The notes: generated by a model not told the origin, from the sequence alone. A stretch of 64,000 nucleotides of DNA from Myxococcota bacterium (GCA_036336835.1 JAYZFK010000062.1:128001-192000); one strand, 5' to 3'; positions 1-10,617 are shown, counted from the stretch's first letter. Numbers and translations are program-made.

Positions 1-2578
1 AGCGCTCGAACGGCGAGCCACCGGACTCGCGGATGCGCGCCTCGCGTCGCTTGCGAAGCTCCGTCGGAACCTCGAACGGCAGCTTCTCGATGACCACCGC
101 CTGCAGGTCCTCACCCGGGATGTCGAGGCCCTGCCAGAAGGTGCGCGCACCGAGTAGGATCGCGCCGCCGCGCACCCGTGTGAAGCGCTGGACCAGCGCG
201 GCCGGGTCGTCGGATGCGCGGCGCGGCGCCAGGATCTCGAAGCCCTCGCCGCGCAGCTCCTGGTCGAGCAGCTCAGCCACCTGATTCATCCGCCGCAGAC
301 TGGTGAACAGTCCGAGCGTGCGGCCGCCCAGCGCGCGCGCAAGATCCGCGATCACGGCCGCCGTCTCGGGCACGACCTGGTCGGCGTCGGTCTTCAGGAC
401 TGCGACGCGCATGTGCTCGGCATACGGGAACGGGCTCTCGACCGAGACGCGGCCGGTCGGCAGCAGTGAGCGCTCCTCCACCTCGAGCTCGCCTAGCGCA
501 GCGAACGCATCGCCGCCGACGAACAAGCTGGCCGACACCGCCGTGAACGACTCGAGTCGCTGCAGGAAGCTCTCGTGGAAAGCCGCTGCTGGGGATACGG
601 CACGAATTGCCAGACGCCAGCGGTCATACGGCGGCTCGAGTCGCTCGAAGGCGGAGACGCTGTCGCCCGACTCGTCGGCGAACGCCAGACGCAATCCGTG
701 AGCCGCCTCGCGCAGCTCTCCTACGACCTTTGCGACGGCGCTCATCCCCTCGCCCGCCTCGTCCCACTCCTCGCCGCCATCGTCGAGCGAGCTGGCGTGA
801 TCGGCCACCTGCCCGAGCCGGCGAGCGGCCGTCTCGGCGAGAGCTGCCGCTTCCGGCAAGACCTTCTCGGGATACTGTGGAAGCTGGACTTCACCGTACT
901 CGCTCGCGTGGTCAGCCAGCGTGCGTCCGAGCGCGGAGAGATCGAGCGCGATACTGCGCCGCCAAGCTACGACGTCCTTGGCAGCCGCGCGCGTCTTCGA
1001 GCGCGGCAGCAACCCCGAGCGATTGCGCTCGCCCGAACGCCCGTAGATCTCGTCGATCGCTTCGAGCACTTCGTCGGGCCGAACCGTGATCGCATAGACC
1101 TCGTCCGCAACGCCCGCCAACTCGTGCCCCTCGTCGACGATCGCGTGCGTGAAGGGCGGATAGTCGGGCGGCCAGCGCAGCAGCAGGTCGTGATTGGCAA
1201 CGACGAGGTGCGCCTTCGCCAGACCCGCGCGCCGACGACCGAATGGACAACTGCGCTGCCTGGCGCACTCCTCGCGCGAGCACTGCTGTGCCCGGGTGGC
1301 GACACTGCGCCGGCGCAGGTCGCGCAGCGGCGGGTAGCGTCGCAGGAGCGCGGCCGGCAGTGTGCCGACCTCGCCGTGCGGGCGCGTCCGCGCGCAGCCC
1401 AGCATCACGGCGTAGGCCATTCGATCGGCTTCGAAGATACTCGGCTCGCGTCCCTCGGCCAGGACACTCTCGAGCCGTCGCTCGCACACGTAGTTGGCGC
1501 GGCCCTTGATCGAGAGCGCGCGTAGGTCGGGATGGCCGAGGAAGCGCGCGGCTGCCGCAATGTCCTTCAACAGCAGCTGATCCTGCAGCAGCTTGGTCCG
1601 CGTCGAGATCACGACCGGCTCGTTCACACCTCCGGCTGCCCGCTCCATCGCGAACGGGATCGCGGCGGCCAGATAGGCCAGCGACTTGCCCACACCGGTG
1701 CCGCCCTCGATCAGTAGCGCGCCGCCATCGTCGAGCGCACGCACGAACTGACGCGCCAACTCGACCTGCTCGGCGCGCGCGCGATAGCCGGGCAGATAGC
1801 GACGACCGCGCTCCTCGTCGGCCAGTGCCTCCGCGATTGCATCCTCATCGAAGGGCACCGGCTTCTCTCGGCTCTCTCCGATGTGCACGAACTGCGAAGG
1901 CTCGTCGTCCTCCACGACGAGCTCCTTGCCGAGCAGAGCCAGCCACGGCGAGCTGGGCGCATAACCGAGCACGGCGCGAGACGCCGTCAGGTAGCGAGCC
2001 TCCCCCTGCCTCACGCCGAGGCCGATGCGCGAGAGCACGCGCGCCGTGTCCAGCGCATCCTCGAGCGCTCGGTGCTGCTCCTCGGCCCCGAGCAGCATGC
2101 GCGTGAACGACTCGAGCCGCAGGTCCGGCGCGTCTGGGTGCGTCAGCGCCAGCAGGTCCTGGGTGTCGAGGTAGGAGGACTCGTCGAGTCGCGAGTCGAC
2201 GCAGCGCGTGAGAAAGGTGCGCTCGAACTCGGCGTTGTGGGCAATCAACGTCCGTCCGGCGAGCGCGTCGCGCACCACCGGAGCAACCGTGCGCAGCATC
2301 GGTGCATCCGCGACGTCCTCGTCGCACAGACCGGTCAGCCGTTGGATCAGAAGCGACAGCGGCTGGCTCGGCCGCACCAGGCTCTGGAACGTGGCCACCC
2401 GGCCGGGGTCGAGCAGCACGAGGCCAAACTCGAGAATCTCAGCGGCCGGATCGTCGGGCAGGCCGGTCGTCTCTAGATCGATCACGGCCAAAGGACCGAG
2501 CTGACCGACGAGCTCTTCGACCGCCGACAGATCGATCCCGACCTGGGCTGGATCCTGTTCTTCGATCGAGAGACCCAC
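1..2578 (-). CDS. dinG: DinG-family helicase with N-terminal DEDDh 3'-5' exonuclease domain (3' end runs off the window)
   Basis: Not in the ORF track because there is no stop in the window. Manual translation from GTG at 2578 (preceded by GAGGGG) gives VIDLETTGL, AHNAEFE, HRALEDA, Walker A EGGTGVGKS, VVANHDLL, IVDEGHEL and TFWQGLDIPGEDLQAVVIEKLPF. Confidence 0.9.
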   Translation of the reverse strand, partial: MGLSIEEQDPAQVGIDLSAVEELVGQLGPLAVIDLETTGLPDDPAAEILEFGLVLLDPGRVATFQSLVRPSQPLSLLIQRLTGLCDEDVADAPMLRTVAPVVRDALAGRTLIAHNAEFERTFLTRCVDSRLDESSYLDTQDLLALTHPDAPDLRLESFTRMLLGAEEQHRALEDALDTARVLSRIGLGVRQGEARYLTASRAVLGYAPSSPWLALLGKELVVEDDEPSQFVHIGESREKPVPFDEDAIAEALADEERGRRYLPGYRARAEQVELARQFVRALDDGGALLIEGGTGVGKSLAYLAAAIPFAMERAAGGVNEPVVISTRTKLLQDQLLLKDIAAAARFLGHPDLRALSIKGRANYVCERRLESVLAEGREPSIFEADRMAYAVMLGCARTRPHGEVGTLPAALLRRYPPLRDLRRRSVATRAQQCSREECARQRSCPFGRRRAGLAKAHLVVANHDLLLRWPPDYPPFTHAIVDEGHELAGVADEVYAITVRPDEVLEAIDEIYGRSGERNRSGLLPRSKTRAAAKDVVAWRRSIALDLSALGRTLADHASEYGEVQLPQYPEKVLPEAAALAETAARRLGQVADHASSLDDGGEEWDEAGEGMSAVAKVVGELREAAHGLRLAFADESGDSVSAFERLEPPYDRWRLAIRAVSPAAAFHESFLQRLESFTAVSASLFVGGDAFAALGELEVEERSLLPTGRVSVESPFPYAEHMRVAVLKTDADQVVPETAAVIADLARALGGRTLGLFTSLRRMNQVAELLDQELRGEGFEILAPRRASDDPAALVQRFTRVRGGAILLGARTFWQGLDIPGEDLQAVVIEKLPFEVPTELRKRREARIRESGGSPFER

Positions 2579-2617
2579 CCCGATCCCCTCAGTGCCCAGG
2601 AATTGGCCTGGGCTCAG

Positions 2618-4264
2618 CTACACGTAGATGCCGCCGCCGTACTCACTGTCCTGCCGGATGATGACGTTGACCAGCGCGGGCTTGCCGCTCGCGCGCGCGC
2701 GCTCCAGCGCCGGGCGGATCTCTTCGGGTCGCTCACAGAACTCGCCGTGGCCTCCCAGAGCCTCGACGACCTTGTCATAGCGTGTGTAGTTGAGCAGCGT
2801 CGCCGCGGTGCGGTCCGCACCGTAGATGCCGCGCTGCGGACGCATCATCTGACCCCAGGCCGCATCATTGCCGAGAACGCCGACGATCGGCAGCTTGAAG
2901 CGCACCGCCGTGTCGTACTCGAAGCCGTTCAGGCCGAACGAGCCGTCGCCATAGACGATCACGACGGGCTTGCCCGGATTGGTGTGCTGCGCAGCTAGCG
3001 CAAACGGCATGCCGACGCCGAGCGTGCCAAGCGGCCCCGGGTCCATCCAGGCGCCCTCGCGCTTGACGGGCAGGATCTTCGCCGCGGTCGCCACGATGTC
3101 GCCGCCGTCGCCGACCACGATCGGATCGTCGAGCGTTGCGAGCCAGTCTCGCACCTCGCGACACATCCGCTGCGGGTCGATCGGCACCTCGTCGCTATTG
3201 AGGCTCGACTCGACCTTGGCCTCTTCCTCGTTCTCCAGCACGCGCAGTTCGTCGCGCCAGGCCGAAAAATCGAGCCGTACCCCCTGGTTCTTCATCTCCT
3301 CCAGCAAGAGCTCGAAGCTGCAGGCGAGATTCCCGACCACGGGCACGTCCGTCTGGCGATTCTGGCCGATCAGTGTGTTGTCCAGATCGAGCTGGATGAT
3401 CTTGGCATCGGCCGGAATGCTCTGACCAAAACGCATGCGGAAGTCGAGCAGCGTGCCCGCGAGCATGATGCAGTCGATGTTCTTCAGCGCGTGGCGCCGC
3501 GAGCGGTTCATCCACTCGGGCGAGTCGGGATCCATGCAGCCGCGACCCATGCCGTTGGTGTAGGTCGGGATGTGAATCTCCGAGGCAAAGCGCTGTAGCT
3601 CGGCGCTCGCGTGCGACCACTTGACGCTGGTGCCTGCCATCAGCATGGGACGCTGCGCCTGCGCCAACATCTCGATCGCCTGGCGCACGTAGTCGCGGTC
3701 GGGCCGGATGCGCGGAGGAACGGTGCGGATCTTCGGAATGGGCGCGTCGGCCCATTCGACCTGACCCATGAAAACGTCCATCGGAATCTCGAGATAGGCG
3801 GGGCCGGGAACGCCCGAGATTGCGTGGCGAATCGCGAGCTCGACGTACTCCGGGATACGGTGCGTCTGGAAGCAGGAGTCAGCGTACTTGGTGATGGGAC
3901 GCATCACTCCGATGTGGTCCATCTCCTGCAACGAGCCGCGGCGCATGTCCGCGAAAGGCCCCTGGCCCCCGAACACGAGGATGGGCGAGTTCGCTCGCCA
4001 GGCGTTCGCAATGCCCGTGACGCCGTCGGTGGCGCCCGGCCCCGCGGTGACCGCTGCGACACCGATCGATCCCGGGTTGCAGCGCGCCCAGGCATCGGCC
4101 GCGTGCACGGCCGCCTGCTCGTGGCGTACGTCGATGATGTCGATGCCCTCGTCGAGACAGCCGTCGTAGATCGGCATGATGTGGCCGCCGGAGAGCGTGA
4201 AGATGACCTTCACACCGGCTTCCTTGAGGGCGCGAGCCGCGAGCTTTCCGCCGTGGACGGGCAT
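2618..4264 (-). CDS. Thiamine-diphosphate-dependent enzyme (acetolactate synthase-like / 2-hydroxyacyl-CoA lyase family)
   Basis: RHEQAA, TAGPG, LQEMD, GTLGVGMP and the ThDP motif GDGSFG...NDAAWG. Start moved to ATG 4264 after GGAG. Confidence 0.88.
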   Translation of the reverse strand: MPVHGGKLAARALKEAGVKVIFTLSGGHIMPIYDGCLDEGIDIIDVRHEQAAVHAADAWARCNPGSIGVAAVTAGPGATDGVTGIANAWRANSPILVFGGQGPFADMRRGSLQEMDHIGVMRPITKYADSCFQTHRIPEYVELAIRHAISGVPGPAYLEIPMDVFMGQVEWADAPIPKIRTVPPRIRPDRDYVRQAIEMLAQAQRPMLMAGTSVKWSHASAELQRFASEIHIPTYTNGMGRGCMDPDSPEWMNRSRRHALKNIDCIMLAGTLLDFRMRFGQSIPADAKIIQLDLDNTLIGQNRQTDVPVVGNLACSFELLLEEMKNQGVRLDFSAWRDELRVLENEEEAKVESSLNSDEVPIDPQRMCREVRDWLATLDDPIVVGDGGDIVATAAKILPVKREGAWMDPGPLGTLGVGMPFALAAQHTNPGKPVVIVYGDGSFGLNGFEYDTAVRFKLPIVGVLGNDAAWGQMMRPQRGIYGADRTAATLLNYTRYDKVVEALGGHGEFCERPEEIRPALERARASGKPALVNVIIRQDSEYGGGIYV

Positions 4265-4409
4265 GGGGGGACTCCTCGTGTGGTGCGGCGGGGCGCGTTG
4301 CCTGGAAGGACGATGCGAGAGCACCCAGCCAATGGACCACGGTAACACGCGCCTCGTCACCGGGCACCGAAACACCACCGAGACGAACACAGAGAACTCG
4401 CGAAGACGC

Positions 4410-4435
4410 AAAAAACCCGCCGATCGCTCGGCGGG
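4410..4435 (-). terminator. Intrinsic terminator downstream of pal
   Basis: 8-bp stem CCCGCCGA/TCGGCGGG with a 4-nt loop, followed by T6 on the minus strand (A-run 4410-4415). Confidence 0.8.
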
Positions 4436-4462
4436 CCTTTCGCAGTCGAGTTCGGGCGACGA

Positions 4463-4948
4463 TCAGCGCGTCTGGAACTCGGCTCGCCGATTCCACTGCC
4501 AGGCTGCTTCCGAATGCCCCAGTGCAGCCGGCTTTGCTTCGCCGTAGCTGATCGTCCACAGCTGACCACCGTCCGCACCGAGATTGACCAGATATTTCTT
4601 CACGGCGGTGGCGCGCCGCTCGCCCAGCGCGAGGTTGTACTCCTCATCGCCGCGCTCGTCAGTGTGCCCTTCGATGGTCATGTTGCTGCCCGACTCGCGC
4701 AGCACCTCCGCGTCCTTGCGCAGCACGCTGCGCGCGTCGGCGCGGATGGCCGAGCTGTCGAAATCGAAGTAGATCGTTCCCAACTCGATCTCGGCCGGGG
4801 GCATGGGCAACGGCTCGACCGGCCCACGGTCGATGAACTCGGCCGTTTCATCGACCTCTACCTCGACCGTCGTCGTCTGCTGACAGGCCGAAAGTCCCAG
4901 CACGAGAACCGCGAACAGCGCCGTAGCGGTGGTCGAAACTCGCTTCAT
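4463..4948 (-). CDS. pal: Peptidoglycan-associated lipoprotein (OmpA/Pal family)
   Basis: Lipobox LSAC; IYFDFDSS, IEGHTDERG..EYNLALGERRA, ISYGE, NRRAEF. Confidence 0.88.
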   Translation of the reverse strand: MKRVSTTATALFAVLVLGLSACQQTTTVEVEVDETAEFIDRGPVEPLPMPPAEIELGTIYFDFDSSAIRADARSVLRKDAEVLRESGSNMTIEGHTDERGDEEYNLALGERRATAVKKYLVNLGADGGQLWTISYGEAKPAALGHSEAAWQWNRRAEFQTR

Positions 4949-5126
4949 TCCCTTCGATCTCCTTGACCCGGCACGAACTGGCGCGTCTACGGGCCCGTTC
5001 GGCGAAAACCGGGAGCATCGTTGCACCCGGCCCCTTCCATCCCTGCAACCGCGCAGGAGTGTGGGGAGAATATTGCGGCCGTGCAAGGTGTCGCCTACGT
5101 GATCCACCTCACAGCCAGCAGCTGAC

Positions 5127-5894
5127 TCAGGGTTCTGCGAGCAGATCGACAGTCGCCTCGATCAGCCGCTCGTCATTGGGGTGATGGGCGAGCGCCTCAC
5201 TGAGCAGCCGCAGCGCTTCGTCCTGCGCCCCCTCGCGGAGCAGCAGGTCGACGACCGCGAGCGTCGCATCCGCATGACCCGGCTGCTCGGCCAGTACCCA
5301 CGCGAGATGATCGATTGCTGCAGCGATCTGGTTCGCCTCGCGCGCCTGCGCGGCCCCCGCGACGTGGGCGCGGATCGCCAGCGTGCTCAACGGCTCAGCG
5401 CGGCAGACGACCGCAGACGGTGTCCGCTCGGCCAGCTCGATGGCGGCGGCCCAGGCCTCGCGATCCAGCTCGGCGGTCACCGCGGCCAGCAGCGCGTCGC
5501 AGCGAGCAGCGGTCAGCTCGGCATCGAAGGCGTCGGCGCGGATACGCTCGAGCTGGTCGAACCAGCCGAGCGCGGCTGCCGGCCGACCCAGCTGCAGCTC
5601 GGCGAGCGCCAGCCCCCCCAGCGCTGCGGGGTGGTCGGGCGCCAGCTCGTGGGCCCGGAGGAAGCCTGTGAGGGCGCTCGCAGCATTGCCCATCGCGAGC
5701 TCTGCCTCGGCCTCGCGGAGCGCTGCCTGGTGCGGAGGCGGCGGCTCGCTCGCGCAGCTGGCAGCCAGGGCCAGCAGCAGAAGCGCACACCCGCCACCTG
5801 GCAGGCTCCAGCCGATCGCGCAGCGTCGCATCGACGCAGCATGCCGCGTCCTCGGATCCGCGGGAAGGAATACTGCCAGTTCGGTAGCCTCCAA
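5127..5894 (-). CDS. TPR-repeat protein, probable lipoprotein (start uncertain)
   Basis: Hydrophobic LLLLALAASC followed by TPR-like helices (AHELAPDHPAAL, EALAHHPNDERL). Confidence 0.65.
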   Translation of the reverse strand: MEATELAVFLPADPRTRHAASMRRCAIGWSLPGGGCALLLLALAASCASEPPPPHQAALREAEAELAMGNAASALTGFLRAHELAPDHPAALGGLALAELQLGRPAAALGWFDQLERIRADAFDAELTAARCDALLAAVTAELDREAWAAAIELAERTPSAVVCRAEPLSTLAIRAHVAGAAQAREANQIAAAIDHLAWVLAEQPGHADATLAVVDLLLREGAQDEALRLLSEALAHHPNDERLIEATVDLLAEP

Positions 5895-5922
5895 TGCCCC
5901 TCACCGCTCAGGACCCGAACGC

Positions 5923-7425
5923 ATGCCGGACGATATCTCGACAAGCCCAGGCCGTACCGCAAACTCCCTCGTGCTCGTCCGCTACAGCGGCGACCTGACG
6001 ACCAAGGGCCGCCTCACCCGCCAGCACTTCTCGAAGCGGCTGGCGCGCAACATCAAGGATGCATTGCGCAGCCTCGCGCTGCGCTCGCGGATCGAGCGCC
6101 GCCACGACCGGCTCCACGTTCAGCTCGAATCGGAGTCCGACGCCCGGGCCGCCGCACCGCTGATCGCCCAGGTCTTCGGCGTGCAGTCGGTGGCCCAGGT
6201 GGCCGAGCGGCAGTGGAGTACGCGCGAGGACCTGGTGCGGCACGGCGTGGAGCTGTTCGGCGACGCGGTCACCGGCAAGCGCTTCGCGGTGCGGGCGCGG
6301 CGGGTGGGAGATCGCTCGCGCATCCCGGTGTCCTCCGCCGAGCTGGCGCGCGATCTCGGCACGGCGCTACTCCCGCGCAGCGCCGGAGTCGACCTCGGCA
6401 CCCCCGAGTTCGCGGCGCAGGTCGAGATCGGACCCGGTCATGCGCACTTCTTCCGCGAGGCATTGCGCGGCCCGGCCGGGCTGCCACTCGGCGTCGAAGG
6501 CCGGGCCGTGGCGCTGGTGTCCGGAGGCTTCGACTCCGCAGTCGCCGCCTGGCAGATCCAGAAACGCGGCGTCGCACTCGACTACGTCTTCTGCAATCTC
6601 GGCGGGAGAACCCACCTGCTCGGAACGCTGCGCGTGATGAAGCACATCGCCGACCACTGGTCGCACGGCGCACGCCCCCACTTCCACGCGATCGAGTTCG
6701 AGGATGTCTCGCAGGAGCTGCAGCGCGCCTGCACCACCCGCTACTGGCAAGTGGTGCTCAAGCGCCTGATGCTGCGCGCCGCATCCGCCGTGGCAACCGA
6801 GCGCGGAGCGACCGCCATCGTCACCGGGGACGCCATCGGCCAGGTGTCGTCGCAGACGCTCCAGAATCTGGCGGCGATCTCGCGCGCCACCGAGCTGCCG
6901 ATCCTGCGCCCGCTTGTCGGCCTCAACAAGGACGAGATCCTGCACACGGCTCGCCGCATCGGAACATTCGAGCTCTCGAAGGTCGTGGGCGAGTACTGCG
7001 CACTGGTTCCCGCCAAGCCGTCGACCGGGGCGCGGCTCTCTGTGGTCGAAGCCGAGGAAGCCCGGCTCGATCTCGGCCTGCTCGATCGCGCGGCGGCGGA
7101 ACGAAGCATCTTCGAGCTGCGCTCGATCAATCTCGCGACACTCGACGATCCGGAGATCCAGGTCGACGCCATCTCGCACGATGCAACCGTGATCGACCTG
7201 CGTAGCAAGCCCGCCTATCAGAGCTGGCACTACCCGGGCGCGCTGCTGCTCGAGTTCAACGAGGCGATGGCGTCCTATCCCTCCTTCGACCGCTCGCAGC
7301 ACTACGTCTTGTACTGCGAGTTCGGTCTGAAGAGCGCGCACCTGGCCGAGCGCATGCGCGCCGAGGGATTCGACGCCGCGAGCTACCAGAACGGAGCCGC
7401 CACGCTGCAAGCTCGCTCGAGCTGA
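5923..7425 (+). CDS. thiI: tRNA 4-thiouridine synthase ThiI with C-terminal rhodanese domain
   Basis: VRYSGDLTTKG, THUMP region, GLPLG, PP-loop SGGFDS, GQVSSQTLQNL, EYC, rhodanese VLYCEFGLKS. Confidence 0.93.
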   Translation: MPDDISTSPGRTANSLVLVRYSGDLTTKGRLTRQHFSKRLARNIKDALRSLALRSRIERRHDRLHVQLESESDARAAAPLIAQVFGVQSVAQVAERQWSTREDLVRHGVELFGDAVTGKRFAVRARRVGDRSRIPVSSAELARDLGTALLPRSAGVDLGTPEFAAQVEIGPGHAHFFREALRGPAGLPLGVEGRAVALVSGGFDSAVAAWQIQKRGVALDYVFCNLGGRTHLLGTLRVMKHIADHWSHGARPHFHAIEFEDVSQELQRACTTRYWQVVLKRLMLRAASAVATERGATAIVTGDAIGQVSSQTLQNLAAISRATELPILRPLVGLNKDEILHTARRIGTFELSKVVGEYCALVPAKPSTGARLSVVEAEEARLDLGLLDRAAAERSIFELRSINLATLDDPEIQVDAISHDATVIDLRSKPAYQSWHYPGALLLEFNEAMASYPSFDRSQHYVLYCEFGLKSAHLAERMRAEGFDAASYQNGAATLQARSS

Positions 7426-7543
7426 AACCGCGCGTGCCAGCGGGCCGAGCGGGGCGCCCGGCACGACGTCAGCCGGACAGCTCGAGCACAGGGCCGCTGC
7501 CCGCGAGCGTACCGCTGGCGCGGTGCTGGCAAGATCCCACCGG

Positions 7544-8377
7544 TCATCGATCCGCGAGCGGAGGGAGACTCGTGAGGAACCCGAGCAACGCGGCGTCGAA
7601 TTCCTCGGCCCGCTCGATGTTGAGGATGTGGCCGGCGCCTTCCAGTACCGCGTGGACGGCGGCTGGCATCTTTGCGGCCATCACCTCCGCCGCGCGCAGA
7701 AACGCCTCGTCCTCGCTGCCGACGATGACCAGCGCGGGCACGCCGATCTGGCTCAGCTCGTCGATCACGGACGGAGCGAGCCCAGTGACGCGGCGCCCGA
7801 AGGCGGCAAGCGCGGCGGGGTCCTGGGCGACGATGCCCCGGGCGGCAGCGCGTGCCGCTGGCAGCTCCGGACGGCGGCCGATGCTGGTCGCGCCCGCCTT
7901 GCCGGCGATGAAGGCCTCCAGCCCCCGCTGCTCGAGGTAGCGCGCCGTGCGCTCGGTCTGCTTTGCCCAGCCCTCCGCGGCCTTCGGATTCTTGAAGCCG
8001 GGGCCGCTGCCCGCGAGCACCAGTGCCCGGACCCGCCCCGGCTCGCGCAGCGCCCAGTGCAGTGAGGCCAGCCCACCGAAGGACAGGCCCGCGAGAACGA
8101 CCGGACGATCGGGCGAGGCCCAGTCGCAGACCACGCCCAGGTCGCGGGTGACGAGATCCATCGAGTAGGCAGCGAGATCGGCGGGCACCTCCGAGCGACC
8201 GTGGCCGCGATGGTCCCAGAGCACGACCTGCCAGCCCGCGCCGATCAGGGGCGCCACCTGGCCGCGCCAGTTCTCGTGCGTCGTCGCGAAGGCACACGAG
8301 AACACGATGCACGGGTCGGCCTCGTCGCCGTGGCGCTCGGCGTGCAGCTGCAGACCGTCGGACGAGACGACCATCAC
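7544..8377 (-). CDS. Alpha/beta-fold hydrolase
   Basis: WDHRGHGRS, nucleophile elbow GLSFGG, GSED, GAGH. Confidence 0.88.
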   Translation of the reverse strand: MMVVSSDGLQLHAERHGDEADPCIVFSCAFATTHENWRGQVAPLIGAGWQVVLWDHRGHGRSEVPADLAAYSMDLVTRDLGVVCDWASPDRPVVLAGLSFGGLASLHWALREPGRVRALVLAGSGPGFKNPKAAEGWAKQTERTARYLEQRGLEAFIAGKAGATSIGRRPELPAARAAARGIVAQDPAALAAFGRRVTGLAPSVIDELSQIGVPALVIVGSEDEAFLRAAEVMAAKMPAAVHAVLEGAGHILNIERAEEFDAALLGFLTSLPPLADR

Positions 8378-8790
8378 GCGCTCAGCAGTTCGCGCAGCGC
8401 ATCCGTCATCGTCTGCATCTGGATTTCCAGCGGCCCCCTGATCGCAAGCTCCGGAACCAGTGCCTTGGTGCGCCCGTCCATCTCGATCGTCACCGTCGAA
8501 CCCTCATCGTCCTCGTCGATGACGACACTGCCGTCGAGCCGGCGCCACACGTTGCCATCGCACACTTTTTCGAATCGAACGTTGCCGTCGATCAAGTAGG
8601 TGAAGTGGAATGTTGCGACGCCTTCGCGCCCGAGTGTGGTGTAGCGCGTGCGTGTGGTGCGGCGGTCGCCGTCGCTAGCGACGATCTCGCTGTCGCCCGG
8701 CAGCAGCGCGGTCAGCGTATCGTCGCTGCACAGCCGTTCGACCGCGTGGTCGCGCGATGTCGCGGTGCGAAAACTCTTCCGAAGCTCCAT
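8374..8790 (-). CDS. Hypothetical protein, SRPBCC/START-like fold suspected
   Basis: 138-aa ORF overlapping the next gene by 4 nt. Beta-rich with a C-terminal helix. Confidence 0.55.
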   Translation of the reverse strand: MELRKSFRTATSRDHAVERLCSDDTLTALLPGDSEIVASDGDRRTTRTRYTTLGREGVATFHFTYLIDGNVRFEKVCDGNVWRRLDGSVVIDEDDEGSTVTIEMDGRTKALVPELAIRGPLEIQMQTMTDALRELLSA

Positions 8791-8816
8791 CGTCTTTCTC
8801 CTGCAATCGCGAACGA

Positions 8817-10538
8817 CTAACGAATCTCGATCATTGCCGGCGGCACCAGCAGAAGCGTCTCGGTCGGCAGCCCCGCAACCAGCCGCTGAAGCCGGCCGAG
8901 CGCCCCCGGCAGGAAAACCCGAGCACCTGCCGCCTTCGCGAGCCGCGCATCGAGCAACTCGGCGATCTGCTCGGGAAGCGTTTTTTGGGGGGGGTAGACG
9001 ACGATCGCGACATCGGCCGCGGCATCGAGCCCGTTGGCGAGCTTCGCGCGCACGACCGCCTCGTGCAGCCCGCCGAGTCCGTCGATCAGGCCGCGCTCGA
9101 ATGCCTGCTCTCCCGTCCAGACACGGCCCTTCGCAACGGCGGCGACCTCCGCCGTCTCGAGTTTGCGCCCAATGGCAACGCGCTCGAGGAACTGGTCGTA
9201 GGTAGAGAGCACGATGCGCTGGAGCCGCGCGCGCGCACCGTCGGACATCGGCCGCGACCCGCCGCCGAGATCGGCGTACGGACCGCGCAGCAGAAGCTCC
9301 GACTCGACGCCGATGTTGGCGAGCAGGCCCTCCACCACCGGAAGCAACGCGAAGACGCCGATCGAGCCCGTAATCGACGCCCCGGAGGCCACGATCTCAT
9401 CCGCTGCCGAGGCCACGTAGTAGCCGCCGGAGGCGGCAACGTCCGAGAACGAAGCGATGATCGGCTTGTCCGATTCCGCGCGAACCTTGCGGATCGCGCG
9501 CCACATCAGCTCCGAAGCGAGTGCCGAGCCGCCCGGGCTGTCGATGCGGACGATGATCGCGCCGACGCCGGCCACCTTCGCAGCCTGCTCGAGCGCCTTG
9601 GCAAATGCGCCGGCCGCGAAGACCGGATCGCCCTGCGAGTTCGTCGCGGAGTCGCCGACTACCACGTTGCCGCTGCCATAGACGAGCGCGAACGTCGCCT
9701 GCGGATCGAAACCGATCGACTCGAGGCCCACACCCGCGTAGACCTCGTCGCGCACGACCTCCCCGCCCAGCGACGCCAGCAGCTCGTCGAGATGCGCGAC
9801 ACCGTCGGCGAGTCCGAGCGTCACGAGCCCGGAGGCGAGCACCGGCCCGCGCTCTATCCGCTCGCGCACCTCGTCGGGAGTGAGGCCGCGCCCCTCTGCG
9901 ATCGCAGCGACGAACTGGCGGTCCGTCGAGTCGAGCAGCGCATTGGCCATCTCGCGCGAGGCCTCCGACATTCCCGTTCCTGCCACCATCTCGACCGCGC
10001 TCTTGTAGCGCCCGGCCTTTGCCACCTCGAAGTCGATACCCAGCTTCTCGAACATACCGCCGAGGTAGAAGTACTCGGCCGCGAGACCGACCAGCGGCAC
10101 GACGCCGCCCGGCACGATGTGAACCTCGTCAGCGGCGACGGCGATGAAGTACTCGCGATGCGCCGAGATCGTCCCGACCTCGAGGTAGGCGACCGTTCGA
10201 CGACCCGCCTCGCGCAAGCGGCCGATCGCCGCTCGCAGCTCCTCTGCCTTGCCCCAGCCGATGTCGGCGCCCGCCACGCGCAGCACGACCGTCTCGATGC
10301 GATCGTCGCGCGCAGCCTTTGCCAGCAGCGACAGCAGACTGATGAACGGGCGACTCTCACTGCCGAGTAGCTTGGCCAGCAGCGGAGACACGGCGCTCTC
10401 GACGTAGCTCCCCTCCACGTCTATCAGCAGGGTGCTGCCAGACTCGATGGACGGCTCGTCCGGCGACAATGCGCAAAAAGCGATGCCGAGAACGAACAGC
10501 AGCAGAAGCGCGATCGAGAGGCGGCGAGCCAGGCGCAT
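8817..10538 (-). CDS. sppA: Signal peptide peptidase SppA (67-kDa type)
   Basis: N-terminal TM helix, two S49 domains (KAGRYKSAVE, RIDSPGGSALASE, AASGGYYVA, TGSIGV, GRVWTGEQA). Confidence 0.92.
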   Translation of the reverse strand: MRLARRLSIALLLLFVLGIAFCALSPDEPSIESGSTLLIDVEGSYVESAVSPLLAKLLGSESRPFISLLSLLAKAARDDRIETVVLRVAGADIGWGKAEELRAAIGRLREAGRRTVAYLEVGTISAHREYFIAVAADEVHIVPGGVVPLVGLAAEYFYLGGMFEKLGIDFEVAKAGRYKSAVEMVAGTGMSEASREMANALLDSTDRQFVAAIAEGRGLTPDEVRERIERGPVLASGLVTLGLADGVAHLDELLASLGGEVVRDEVYAGVGLESIGFDPQATFALVYGSGNVVVGDSATNSQGDPVFAAGAFAKALEQAAKVAGVGAIIVRIDSPGGSALASELMWRAIRKVRAESDKPIIASFSDVAASGGYYVASAADEIVASGASITGSIGVFALLPVVEGLLANIGVESELLLRGPYADLGGGSRPMSDGARARLQRIVLSTYDQFLERVAIGRKLETAEVAAVAKGRVWTGEQAFERGLIDGLGGLHEAVVRAKLANGLDAAADVAIVVYPPQKTLPEQIAELLDARLAKAAGARVFLPGALGRLQRLVAGLPTETLLLVPPAMIEIR

Positions 10539-10617
10539 GTCCCCTCCTCGGAAGCCGTCACGGCCCGGGCAGACACGAGCGTACCACCGCCGAGGAGCCC
10601 AGCTATCATCACTCCAC

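Noticed and set aside
33..2504. Plus-strand ORFs of 83-316 aa
   Set aside because: Antisense shadows of dinG, which has clear motifs on the minus strand.
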